Source of the DNA: Octopus sinensis | Taxonomy: Eukaryota | Length of the DNA stretch: 64,000 bases | Direction: 5' to 3' | Assembly (NCBI RefSeq): GCF_006345805.1 | Contig: NC_042999.1 | Span: forward strand, 142,786,001-142,850,000 | In this document: piece after piece, positions 8,196-21,404 of the stretch | Layout of the letters: every line of letters begins with the position of its first letter | Position numbering within the stretch: position 1 is the stretch's first letter | Position numbers and translations under genes: made by a program | The notes under the pieces: generated by a model | The model's database searches: none | What the model saw: only the letters and a program-made list of their open reading frames with translations | Told to the model about the DNA's origin: nothing

Positions 8196-9879
8196 CAATA
8201 TAAATGTATTTTCTATTTCTATTTCTATGTCTTGTTATATTTGTAATATATTATGTATAATATAACTGCTGTTGTGTAATGGTTTAATAAAGTATTGATT
8301 GGGTATTATCTGTTGGTTGATGATTGATTTAGGTATATTTCTCTATTTTCTCATTTTGTATATATATATATATAAATGGAACAAAAAATCAATAGAGGGC
8401 ATTAAAACGTTCAGACAGACGATACAAAGGCGGAAAGAGAAACAACAATTTGAAGGACAGGTAAAAAGGACGGGCCATTCTTGGCTTTCTTTCTTCAGTC
8501 AAGTACCAGAAGTCACGACCATTTCGGACAGTTACACTTGAGATGGTTCTATCTGGTTGTCCCAAAAAAGTCTAAGCTAAGAGCGTTAGACCCTTCTGTA
8601 AGAAAGCTAGCGAATCTGTACGGCAACAAAGACAAAGAAAACAAACAAACAAGCAAACGGAGAACATGGTACACAATTACGAATACAAACAACAAGAAAT
8701 AACAACAGGCGTCTTTCGACTGAGAACGATTCAAATTGAGCTGACGTGTATGGAGTGAAAGTCTAAAGGCAGAAACATGGGAGCTGGACACAAGACGTGT
8801 TGACGGTCGGCAGTCAAGCCAAGAAAGAAAAATCATAGCTGGTGGACACCGGTCACGTGGAAAGAGGAGAAATGGTTAGGGAGCAGCGAGATTGAACGAT
8901 TAGAAAACAGAGACAAAGGGAAAGATGCAGGGGAGATAAACGAGTGGGAAATAGTGGGAGTTAAAGAAAGAGGGTGAAGAAATGTGAGAGACATAGTAAG
9001 TATTAGTTATAAGTGAAATCAAATATAAATTAAGTTACTGGATTACTCTTGGAGAATTAAATATATCAGGAGGTTCTTGTCAAAAACTGCATACTATATG
9101 AAGATAATTATAAACAAACAATAATGAAACATACGCACCAAGTCAGTCAGAAAAACATACGTTGGGTTATCTAAACTATGAAAACTGGCTTTACAAAGAA
9201 CCTGAAGATTAACTGGGATAGTCTGATAGTCAAATGATATCAATATGAATCTGAAAATGGACAATAGGAAACAGGCGTTGATAATTCAGCACATCTAAAG
9301 AAATGGCCCGCCTTCTGCTAGCACGAGAAAGGTTTGATAATTTCTGGGAACACGAGCGAGAATAGTTGTTGATCGCTAACATTCGCTTAGCGTGGGCCGT
9401 TTCATGTATAGACTTATATTGGTTGTGATCGAAGGGATGTTACGTTTAAGGTAGGGGGCAGCCAATTTGGCTAACTTACAGGGTAGCCAAATCCCACATT
9501 ACGCTGCTATTTTAAATCTTTGTGGATGGTAAGCAGAAATTAAAAAATTTGTTCGCAAAAAATCTGCAAATCTCAGATTATCAAACTTTTTGAACTTAAC
9601 TATATTACATATGGGTGACCTTTATTGTGTTTCATTTAGTATGCAATAAGGCTTCCTTAGGTACTTGCTTTCAACCATATCGTTGATGTTCATAATTAGT
9701 GTCATTACTTTCCTTCTATTTCAGTATATATTCATCACTCTTAATCTTGCTGACTGAGTAAAATATGCTTCACTAAAGAGGTTTAATAATACTGAAACAT
9801 ATTTTCACCAGTTGACTTAAAAGAGCAGATCTATTTCAGTTTGTATTATATAGCATCTATTAGAGTTATGCCCCTTATT

Positions 9880-10087
9880 GTTTTTGTGTGACCTCGTGTG
9901 TACCGTTGGCGATTTTTTTTCCCTCTGTCTTCCCTTCTCTGGATCTTTCCTTCTCCTATGTTTCGACGAAGAGCTCCGCTCGAAACGTTAAACCCTCATT
10001 CTTTCCTTCTTTCCTGAGCGTCCAATAATACTATATTTGTTCCACGTCCTCGCATTGTTGTGTTTTTTTGTGCTTTCTTGTTTGGAT

Positions 10088-10090
<3 letters not shown>
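9880..10090 (+). mobile_element. Penelope-like pLTR remnant with a degenerate minimal hammerhead (9960-9993), followed by (TA)n to ~10153
   Basis: GTTT-CGACGA-A-GAGC-TCC-GCTC-GAAACGTT-AAAC. Stems I and II and the AACGTT palindrome are present; the core is one base short. Confidence 0.55.
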
Positions 10091-10146
<56 letters not shown>

Positions 10147-10538
10147 TATATATTAATTCCCAATCATTTGTCTAATGATTGCTTGGATAATTTCAGGTAA
10201 TTGAAGTTTTTCAGTTCACTAAATTACATCTGTGAGAGCCTAACATATATTTACTTTGCCCAGAGATGTTTTCCCTCAGTTATATACGTGATATTTAGAT
10301 TGTACTCAACATATCAAATTAGCACTTTATCTATGGGCATGGTACGCGGGAAATTGTCATTCCGGCTAGTTATATAAATATATTACCGTGTCTGTTTAGT
10401 CTATGCCTAATTAACAATGTTCTACATCTCCTTAACAGTGGAATTTGTTCATAAAATACGGTCTAATGCCAGAGTTACATGAAAGAGTGGTAAGATGTTA
10501 TAACTTTCATACCTTTCCTAATAGCTAACTAAAGATGG

Positions 10539-11105
10539 GGAAAAGCCTTCCGCCTGCCCCCCCCCCACACACACACATTTTCTCCCAAATTTGTTTATTT
10601 TTGTAATTTTTTTGCCAAAAATTCCCGTTTTCGGATACGGAGGTCCGGAAAATTGCCAAAAATCGGCATTGTGAAATTTTCCCCCCACTTTTCCCCAACT
10701 TCTTCAATTTTGACTTTTTTCCCCTACGCTAACCCTAAAACCCTAACCCTAACCCTAACCCTAACCCTAAAATCCTAACACTCTAATCCTAACCCTAAAA
10801 CCGTAACCATAAGTTCAGCATTGTTTTGAAATTTTTGTCCGAATCATGATGTCCGTATTTTTCCGCATATTTAGAAAAAAGAATTTTATAAATATTTTGG
10901 GGAATTTTTTTCAGAACCATAATCTCCGTATTTTTCCGCATATTTTGAAAAAAAAATTGTGAAAAAAGTTTAAAATGAAGGAAATGGTGATGGGGGTGGT
11001 AATTTAGAAATGTTGATTTTTGCCACAAAGGGGGGGTTTGTGTCGAAAATTTTTTTTTTTTTAAGGTTGTGTTTTTGGAGGGTGGGGACGGGCGGAAGTC
11101 TTGCC
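10539..11105. mobile_element. Merlin-like MITE carrying telomeric (CCCTAA)n
   Basis: Perfect 8-bp TSD AAAGATGG (10531-10538 / 11106-11113); GG...CC termini with TIR GGAAAAGCCTTCCGCC / GGCGGAAGTCTTGCC; CCCTAA array at 10729-10812. Confidence 0.75.
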
Positions 11106-11851
11106 AAAGATGGCAAATAAAAGATTTCCAAGGAAGTTTTAAGTAACGTCTCTTTAGAACATTTCCCAAACAATTAAAATACACTTAGAGCTTGAGAATT
11201 AGAATGATCCCCTTTACGCTGCACATATTTCAGTTTGTGAGTTGAGCTCAGAAAGAAAGAGGATGAACTGTATAATGCCTCATAAATAATCTTATTATCA
11301 CAATACTTCCCGTATAAGCTATTTGTTCATTTTAAACGTAAACTTCAGTTTTCTTCTTCCACTGTATTAGAACGGTGAGAAATGTGGTGAGAAATGTTGA
11401 AGAATTAATTTAATGCCAATTGTAGTGTATGGAATTACTAAGTAACGAATAGCAATAAAATTCTCTTCATTTAAAATCGCTGGACTTTCCTGCTATAGGG
11501 TAAAGTCCAAAACGTGATACCAACCTTCTGAAAATATCAGATTTATGTATACGAAACTAAAAAGAAAAAAGAAATTAAGAAAGGAAGAAAAAGCAAGTTC
11601 TTTAGTGTACCGCAATAAGTAATCGATAAACAAATATCGATAGCATGGCCGAAAGAATTGAAACTTTATAACTCACTTGGTGTAGAGCAGTAGAAGTCTG
11701 CAATATTGTATCTTCCATGCAGAGTCAGATGAAAGGATTAAACTTCAATACAAAGAAGAAAACAATAAATGTCAATTCTCATCAGGTTTTCACTCAACGT
11801 GGATTTTTGTAAGTGTGCAGTTGACTAGTAAAATACTAATGCAATCAGTGA

Positions 11852-12008
11852 GGAGACAAACACAGACATATATATTCCACGGGCTTCTTTGAGTTTCCGT
11901 CTACCAAATCCACTCATAAGACTTAGGCCGGCCCGAAGCTATAGTAGAAGACACTTGTCTGAACCCGGAATCATGTGGTTGGGAAGCAAGCTTCTTAACA
12001 CACAGCCA
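11852..12008 (-). mobile_element. tRNA-derived SINE head fragment
   Basis: GGGCTTCTTTGAGTTTCCGTCTACCAAATCCACTC...GAAGCAAGCTTCTTAACACACAGCC, same family as 2928-3122. Confidence 0.75.
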
Positions 12009-12229
12009 AAACCTTTTTAAATCATTGTCGCCTTAATGAAATTCTTTACATACATACATACTCACCGAGAAACACACACATACTCAGCGTGAGTGATATA
12101 CTTTTATAGAGAGTGAGAACGAATGTGATAAAAATGTATAGAGAAGGGGAAAGTTTACCATGAGAAAAACAAAAACTGAAAGAGAGACAAATAGAGAGAG
12201 ATCTTTTCTGTTGCAATCACAGATTTTGA

Positions 12230-12662
12230 AATTTTAAAATTTGGTATATTGATATACTTTTTCTCGCTGAATCTGAGTTTGTGATACATTTATTCTTTTA
12301 AAAAATTAGAAAAAGTTTCAGAGATTTAAAGTTTGATTATTTTTACACAATCAGAAAACAGAATTTGTGCGTAATAGCTGTCAAAAATAGCAGACGAGGT
12401 TTTAAACAAAATGAAAGCAATGCGTGAGCTGAATATATATACAGATAAATATTTAGAGGGAGACAGCTTGGTGGTGACAGATAGAGAGTGGGAGAGTTGT
12501 CGATTTAAGAGTTGAGTTATTTCTCATAGCAAATTATATTGTTATTTACGGACGACCTTCTCTTTGGGGCGTAGATTTCGAAAACGAAATTCGTTTTTCT
12601 CAAGGACGCACTGTTTCAGAGTCACACGTACATAATCACATACCCTCGCATTATATAGTAGA
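12230..12662 (-). mobile_element. Possible Helitron-type element, 5' end
   Basis: Minus strand starts TCTACTATATAATGCGAGGG at 12662. No 3' CTAG/hairpin was identified. Confidence 0.3.
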
Positions 12663-12706
12663 AATACAAGATTCATAAGAACTTTATTAGATTACCAAGA
12701 GAAATT

Positions 12707-13284
12707 AAGGCGGCGAGCTGGCGGAATCGTTAGCACGCCAGGCAAAATGCTTAGCGGTATTTCGTCTGCCGTTGCGTTCTGAGTTCAAATTCCGCCGAGG
12801 TCGACTTTGCCTTTCATCCTTCCGGGGTCGATAAATTAAGTACCAGTTACGCACTGGGGTCGATGTAATCGACTTAATCCGTGTCTGTCTTTGTTTGTCC
12901 CCTCTGTGTTTAGCCCCTTGTGGGTAGTAAAGAAATAGGTATTTCGTCTGCCGTTACGTTCTGAGTTCAAATTCCGCCGAGGTTGACTTTGCCTTTCATC
13001 CTTTCGGGGTCGATTGAATAAGTACCAGTTACGCACTGGGGTAGATATAATCGATTTAATCCGTTTGTCTGTCCTTGTTTATCCCCTCTGTGTGTAGCCT
13101 CTTGTGGGCAGTAAAGAAATGGGTATTTCATCTGTCTTTATGTTCTGAGTTCAAATTCCGCCGAGGTTGACTTTGCCTGTCATCCTTTCGGGGTCGATAA
13201 ATTAAATACCGGTTGCGAACTAGGGTCGATCTAATCGACTGACCCCCTCCCCAAAAATTTCGGGCCTTGTGCCTAGAGTAGAAA
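12707..13284 (+). mobile_element. tRNA-derived SINE with a triplicated body and an 18-bp TSD
   Basis: Head GGCGGCGAGCTGGCGGAATCGTTAG...GAGTTCAAATTCC; body units start at 12756, 12938 and 13122; TSD AGATTACCAAGAGAAATT at 12689-12706 and 13285-13302. Confidence 0.9.
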
Positions 13285-14134
13285 AGATTACCAAGAGAAA
13301 TTGTTCGGATATATTCAACCAAAGAAGAAATTTGGTAAATAGATGGAGAGCATTAACATTGAAACGATTAAATTGAATTATATTTTAAATTCAAATTTTG
13401 TTTCGTGAATAATCTAAACTAAATAAAACGTTGAATTAATCTATAATGATTATATAACAATGAATCCCATAGAATAAGTACGAAGCTTAAAATAATGAGG
13501 GTCGATACCTTCGACTAAACCTTTCAAGGTGGTGCCCCAGCATGGCCGACGTCCAATGACTGAAAAAAGTAAAAGACAAAAGGAGTTGGTATTTAGTTAG
13601 AAGGAAACCCACATCTTTTGTCTGACACTTTTATACAACTCCCTATAAATGTGCTGAAAGGGCACATTATGAAGAAATTGGCCTTTAAAAGCTTTTCCTA
13701 TCAGCCGCAAGACACTAAACATATACTATATATACTTCCATATCTTTTCAATTTATACTTCTCAACATAATTTATAACCATACAAGTGTGAAAAACACTT
13801 AACAACGTAGGTCGTCATGCCTCGTTATTCTTCCCTGTCTGCCTAACCGTAGATCAGCTGTGACTAAATGGACCTATGACAAAACGTTTCAGCTATGACC
13901 ATCCTGTATTTTATCTACTCTATCCAATCGATATGAATCATTCACCTTTCACAACAGTTGAATATAATTTTCAGGAGGATTTGGCTACTATTTCTAACAG
14001 GTCGATAGGGCACGTGAGGATCTTTTTATATACATAAATTTATTATTCCAATCATTGCTTTAATATACACGAGGACAATGAGGTGAATAACTAGCCAGGC
14101 AGCTGGATAGCTAGCAATCTAACCTAGCTAGCGA

Positions 14135-14198
14135 GACAGACTGACTGACTGACTGACTAACTGACAGACAGATAGATAGATAGATAGATAGATAGATA
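14135..14198. repeat. (GACT)n(GATA)n compound microsatellite just upstream of the PTDSS1 start
   Basis: Direct reading; ends ~54 nt before ATG 14252. Confidence 0.95.
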
Positions 14199-14251
14199 TC
14201 CCTATAACGAGATAACCTTGTTGCAGAGTTGTCTTCTCTTCTTAGAAAGCC

Positions 14252-14442
14252 ATGGCTGCTGTGCGGGCCAGCGGCAGACGTAGCATCAATAAAAATGCAC
14301 TCGCGAAAGAAGAAAAAGAACATTTTCGGGCTATTAACGAACAGCCTGTCGATGATATAACATTGGAATTTTTTTACCAGCCTCACACGATTAGTTTGTT
14401 AACATTGTGCATCATCGGTCTACTTTACGTGGCTTTCATGAG
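14252..14442 (+). CDS. PTDSS1: Phosphatidylserine synthase 1, coding exon 1
   Basis: MAAVRAS...[27 protein letters not shown]...YVAFM matches the PSS1 [27 protein letters not shown] block. Donor AG|GTGAGT, phase 2. Confidence 0.95.
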
Positions 14443-17400
14443 GTGAGTCTAATATCTTCATAAGCCGGGTCCTTTAAACTACATCTTTCCTAACATGGAA
14501 TTCTATGAACGATTTTTTTCCCTTTTCCTTTTGTCTTCAACTCAACGTTAAGCCAAAATTTGTCTGATAATTAACTGCCGTAATATAAAAAAAATATTCC
14601 CTTCGTTATCAATTTCACATCTTAGTCGACATACTTCGATTTATATTTACATGTTTTCATTTTCTTAATGTTTTATTCCTCTACAGAAAAGAATCCAGTT
14701 CAAGTCTCACTGCCCCCTTTTTTTTTTTTTTTTTTTTTTCCCTCCTCGATCGTAGCCATACTTATATTTTTCAAGTGACCTCATCATAGATGAAGTTCTG
14801 CTGTTTCGCTAAATTACAACAGCTCATTCACGTGTAGAACGGCAAAATATACTTTACTATACATGACGCCATCAGTCACCCCATTATATCTTATGTATTC
14901 ATTCTGTCGCTCGCGCGCGCACAAGTACTTGTCAACTAATTTCATCGCATTAATTGACCTTTCCTGTATAAACTTAACATCATGTAGCGGTAAATTAAAA
15001 TTTAATTCAGCTCTTAGAAAGTGTTTTCTACATCGCTGTTGTTTGTAACCCTACTTTTAACATTGATTTCCCGTGTGTAATGTATACTTTCACAATCACT
15101 CTTATTATTATTATTTATCGAACCATGTGAATGCAACATAGATAATTAGTAAAAACCGATACGTTGATTCATGTTCTAAATCACACATTGTCTGTCCACT
15201 TTAATAGAAACGTAACTGCATAATTAATGGTCTTCTTATGACCAGAGTGTATAAGCACCCTAATCTCATTCCGTTTTTACACGTTACTTCTGCCTATATA
15301 TATATATATACACGAAGTAGAAAGCATACAGTCGTACACATTTTATACCCTTGTTTAATTAGTGTTGACAAGAAGTATATGGAAAATAGTTGAGAAAACT
15401 AAATTTTTGTAAAATGTTTTTTCCTTTATCCAAAACTAAACATATTATTCTTCGTAAATCTAAAATAAATTTACCAAATGTATTTAAAAAAAAGCTTTGT
15501 TTTGTGATGTTGCTAGCTTTTCCTTGATGATCGTCATTGTAGATGCTTATTAATAGTTTATAAGGAGAAATAAATTGGTTCAGTGTTGTATCCTATGACA
15601 TTATTTTTCAGTTCAATATAATTATTCTTAACACTGGAAATGCTTACTTATAAATTTTAAGGACATCTTGAATTATAACTAAACACACACACGTGTATCA
15701 CCAGTGATCAGTTGAAAAGAGTACTATAATCTATTTTATAGATAAGAGAATCTAAATATTTTCAATTAATCCTTTCTAAAATTTCGTACACAAATCTGTG
15801 ACTGTATAGGTTCTAGATATATACAATCGGAAATACTTGCTCTTTCGAGATGGCATGTGAATTACATGGAGAATTTAGTCTTATTTCTTTTATATAATAT
15901 AAACATCAGTATCAATTTGCTTCGCTTACTTGTAGAAACAAATTTCATAGTTATTCTTGACAAGTTTTGCTGATATTTTTCACCCCCCACTTTTATTCTC
16001 ACGTGTTCACTTAAATAAAACCACTTCAAAATTCGTGTTTAATGTAAATTTTTACTTTTTTGTTTTCATTGTACTATATATATATTTTTCATCTTTCATC
16101 ATACTTGAAATCAGATTTTGGACTGGTATAATTTAATTACTTTATCAAGCTGGGAAACGTCGAGTACTTGCAGTACATATCCTTACGAGTTTGTATTTTT
16201 AAATCTAACAATGTCGAGATACAAAAAAAAAAATACATACTCTACGATACATATAACCTCTAAGATTCCTCATAGTGCCCCTTCGACCTTAACGAGGTTT
16301 CAAGGGCTCTACACCACACACATTTATGCAATTGATATGTACGAAGTTTCAAACCGTTCTAGAGATAAAATTTGTATTAAGTATATAAATAATAAATGCA
16401 TATATTGACCCCTCCTCCCTGATGTCAGTGTCATGTTTGGTATTCTGAACAACTTGTATACTGTATTAGAGAGCATTAATTACAATTTAAAGTCATCTAG
16501 TTGATTAATTATTGATTAGAGTTAGGGTCTCTAAAATACTGTACCGCAATTTAAATCAAGCCCATATTCTATCGTTGTCAACTGGTCACTTTTCTCTAAA
16601 ACTGTCGTTTCTAACGTTGATATTTGACCTCAAATCTTCATAACTAGCTATCGTGATGTTTATGCCTTTCTCGACCGCATAAGCAGTATATGTAGAGGGA
16701 ATAGTTTCTACAATTATTAAGAGAGCAGATTTCAGGTACTTTCTTAATTGTTCCACTTAGTTACATTCTGTGGTCATCTGTAAAATATTGCCATTTTTTA
16801 TAGCATTATTCCCTAAAATTAATAATATCGGTGAAATCTGTTTTTCCATAGAAATTCTATGGTTTTAAATTCAATTTCGAAAATCAAAACTGAAAATAAA
16901 CGGCGGGAAAGCTGGGACGCGATTATCAGGATGGTATTTTCGAAACCTACTTTTAGACCTAATTTTATTTCTGTTAATATGTAACATGTTCTATATAAAC
17001 ATCGCTATCTGGTTCGGCATCGAGAGTTAATTTTTTTTTGTTTATTCTCTAGTAGGAAGTGATACAGAGAGTAGATAACCGAGTGATACTCAGTAGATAA
17101 TTGAATTCTAATTAATGATAATGATGAACTGTTAGCGCAAAAAAAAAAAAAAACTGGTTTGGTAGATATGGAATGTTGTATACAATTTCACTGTATCCGA
17201 GGAAATTTACAAGTAATTGAGATGCAATTATAATTTCGAAAGACCTGTTAAAAGTATCAGGTCGTGACAATCTGGCCAACACCACTAATGAACTAGCTCT
17301 TAATTCATGATGTTTAACAGCTGTAGCTATCTGGACGTTAAAATAAGAACATAAACTGAAACCATAATTGTGTTAAAATTATTCAAATAATTGCCGTAGG

Positions 17401-20400
17401 CCCAAAGTATAAGTGATATAGCCAAGTAGAAATAGGTTTTTGAATTCTTAATACATCTATTACCTGACATAAAATTCAGGATAGATTTTTTTCACCCCTC
17501 TTATGCTTTATAATGGAACCTGTTTGCTGTAAGGGCCGAGCACTTTCAACCAATGTTTTCCCAAAGCTGTACTTTTAGTGTGTACTGTTTAAACAAATTT
17601 TATAACTTGTGCACAAGGGGGAAAATGTGTGCTCACAAAGTTTTCATGACATAATCAATATTTTTTTAAATTTAAGATCCGTTACTCATCTTGATATGCT
17701 CATGCCTTGAAAAGAATTACAAAATTTGCACCATGTGAACTTCTGCGCACATCCACAGCAAATAATTAAAAGGGAACATTACTTAAAACACTAAACATTT
17801 TAGCATTTTAGAAAAGAATACAAAAGAAATTGTATATTTCTTAGTTATCTATAAAGTACCAACATTTTACAGTTTTCAAAATAACTGTGGAATTTTTCCA
17901 GCTACATACTAGTTTTGAATATTCCATTGTATATTAAAACACTTAAGTCAGTTGTATTTATTACATAACAACCAAAATACCCGCACATCACATTCTTCAA
18001 TTTGTTTTTTGTTTTTTTTTAAAGACTGGTTATAGATAAACTGTTCAAAGAAAAAGAGATGGAGTATTCATGACTAGAATGTTTTTGATCATGATTTATT
18101 GATCAGTGTTGACTTGGGGTGAAAAATTTATTTATACAGTACAGTGAACTAGGCCAGAAATGAAATATTGTGATGTATACAGTAGAACACAGGATCCTTT
18201 TGGTTTGTTATTCACTACCTCATCAACTTCACAGATTATGAGGGTTATAGCTAAAAGTATTTGTTGTTTATAATACTGGGTTAATTCTTTCATGGAGATT
18301 GTTTGATGGATGATCTCTAGCAGATTGGGTAGTTCTAAATCGGTAGTTGTTATCCTTACCACCCTTATTATTCTTTTCCTTCTTTTGGTCTCTGGGGAGT
18401 TGCCTTCTGGGGTTTAGACAGTCATACCAATCCCAGTACTGATTTCAGTCTGCTTTTTATTTTATCAATTTATATTTGTCAAACTAAATTATTGGCATAA
18501 AGAGCCACATCACACACACACTGTCACATATGTAGGTGACAATGATAAGCTTCCTTACAGTTTCTCAGTCAAGCCAAGGCTACTGTAGAGGACATTTAAG
18601 TTACCGCACAGTGGGATTAAATGCCAAACTATGTGGTTACATTGCAGACATCTTTACAAGAAACTTATGAGGTTTATTATTTGTTTAGAATCCAAATCAG
18701 TCCTTCTTTGCTCTGCCACCTCAACCATCTTTTTTTTCTGTTTCCATGGACCAGACAGGCTTTACCTTTTCAGAACTTATATTTTGCATAATTCTTTCAC
18801 ACACCTTTATGTTATGTATTTAATCTCAAACAACTGAAATAGATAAAGCAAAACTTCTGATGTGCATACTTTGTTTGATTTTTCATTATCAGGAGTTCCC
18901 ATTAGTGATAACCCTGTTGACATATATTTTATTTCTCAAGGACAAACATGACATGATTTCAACCATGAATTAAGATGTGTGCACACACACAATCATTAAA
19001 CTGGTACTTTTATACACTTGAAGTGTCAGATCTTAGAAACCTAAAAATACCTCTTATTCTTGGCAGAAATGTGGTTTTCTGTGTTGTTCTTGGCAGGATT
19101 GTTTTTTGTTTGTTTGTTTTTTGGCATGTCTTGTGTTTTAGTTCACTATCAGACATCTTAATGTACCAATCAATTTGTAACCAAAGCTGGACTTGGAAAA
19201 GTTGAAATTAATGCAGGTAAAATAATTGACGTGTGTAATGCATTGGCTAACCACTTATGAATTGAGATCTCTTGCAGGTATTTGTATTTGTGGATAGGAC
19301 AGTAATTATATTTAACAGACTGTATCATAATTTCAGCAGTTTTACATTTGGCTCATTTTAGAAACAAATTACTCAAGTGTGAAGTAAGGATTTTCTCAAA
19401 AAAATATGTAGGCTTGATTGAAATAATACTGTAAGATCTCATAGAAAAGTGTGCGGTTTCACATCAATATTTCAATCCCCCCCCCCGCGCCCCAGTTCTA
19501 ATGATCTAGCCACTCTTCACAGAAGTTATGTTTAACAATTAAGAGCTTCTTCTCATTCTTTATCATTTACATCTTATATAATGGAATAGTCAAGACTAGC
19601 ATACCCTGCAGAAATTCCACTGTTATTTTGAAAACTGAAAAATGCTGGTACTTTTTAGATGACCTAGAGATATTTGATTCCGAAGATAGTGTAAAGCCTA
19701 ATAGGTAGAAGTAAAAGTGGTAAAAGAGAACTTCTTTGAAATCTCTATTCTTTTTATATAGTTATCACCTCTTCAAACTTGGGGGTTGTTATCTGATTAT
19801 TATATCTATTCAAGAAATAAATAATTTTATGTATGAAAAGAAATTGAAAACATCATCTATACTATTTTGCTATGGTACACTTTCATTTGTAAAACTTTTT
19901 AGCAAATCTAAATACACTGTATTACCTTCCTATTTTCATATCACAGAAAATTACATATACCTGAACTTGATGTAATTATCCCAGTGAATGAAGTAATTTA
20001 ACACCTGCTCCATTGAACTGTGAACTCTAAAAGTATATATATCAGAAATATATGGGTCAGGTATAGATAAGTACTGGAGTTGGTATGATCAACTAAATTC
20101 ATAAAGCTAGTGATTAAGCTTGGCTGCACTCCAATGACTAAAACCAGTTAATAAATAAAGTGATATGTATGTGTGTAGTAAAGTTGTGAAGAAAAGCATC
20201 TTTTGCTCATCACCTTTTAAATCTTAAGTAGGTCTTGCAGATTTTTATTGTGCCAGATATTGTGATCATTTGTAACATGTGAATTAAGGAGTTGCATTTT
20301 CTCCCCAGCAGCTGAAGTTCAGTCACGCTTTGCTCCAGATGGGTTGGTATATATCTTATTGCTTCAACAATTATAGTTATGAGGCTGACGTGTATGTAAG

Positions 20401-21404
20401 GTACTGGATTTGCAAACACCTTATCAATGGTCCATAGAGGTCTCCTTTTCTTGTAATTTTCTGATCACATTGGTGTCCAGAAGGCAGATGATTTCTACAA
20501 CAGAGCATATTTTTTTCTCTTTCCCTCACAGCAATAATGTGATTGGTGTCATATTTATAATGTATGCATGCAGTTCACTGTTCCTAAAAAGGATTATTTC
20601 ACTTTCTCGATATTTCTAAATTCTTAACATATTCTATTATACTTCATTATATATTTAATTGAAAATATTTCTTTGCTAGTCAATTGTCTCATGAATAATA
20701 TAAAAGTTGTATCTATAGAAGATTATAGCTTTGATTTTATTTACATGTAGATTTATTAGATTAAGACTTCAATTTCATTCCATACTTAGAGTATTGAATA
20801 CATAAGCTGCATCAAAATAATATTATAGATAAAGGTAGGCAATATTATTACCCATTCTTATCTTCATTCATTGTGAAATCTTATCTGTGTAGTGTGGCTT
20901 ATCTACTCGGTTCCAATCTAGCAAATCCACTCACAAAACCTTGCTGAAGACAATTGCCTAAGGTGTTGTGCAGTGGGACTGAACCCAAAATTGAATGGTT
21001 GAGAAGCAAGCTTCTTAATCACTTAGCATGTGCATATCCATGTCTGTGCCTATTTAAAAAAGAAATTTTGGCTAATAAAATCTGTTATCAGGTTATTAAA
21101 CAATCATTGAGTCCCCAACAGGTTGCAGATATGTTGTCCTCTGTTTCATCTACTTCAATAGTCTCTTTTTCTTTAAATTAACAATCTATGCCACCAGCCT
21201 ATACAAAAAACAGCTCGCTCCTTTCTTCATAGAACTGCAAACATGGAATTTTTGTCTTCCTTGCTTGTCTGTCACCCACTACATTCTAACCTTTAGAAGG
21301 TCAAACTGAATATCAGCTGCATCATGAGCCAACAAGACCCATTATGTGATTGATTGATTTTTAAGAAATAGCAGACAAATATCTGTCAGTATATGTGCTC
21401 TAGT

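Noticed and set aside
8468-8505. Minus-strand CTGAAGA-AA-GAAA-GCCAagaaTGGC hammerhead-like string
   Set aside because: No stem II, no U16.1 and no stem I pairing.
10729-10812. (CCCTAA)n as a true telomere or fusion site
   Set aside because: It is short, degenerate and enclosed by TIRs and a TSD.
10280-11808. Plus-strand exon-like segments 10280-10341, 10439-10489 and 11723-11808 with AG/GT ends and open frames (e.g. CQFSSGFHSTWIF)
   Set aside because: Only the first two chain in phase, they do not chain with the 6683-6759 exon, and no homology is recognised. This is compatible with chance.
14909-16910. GCTCGCGCGCGC (~14909) and GGCGGGAAA (~16902) as NRF1/E2F-type intronic enhancers
   Set aside because: Isolated short motifs expected by chance, with no supporting evidence.
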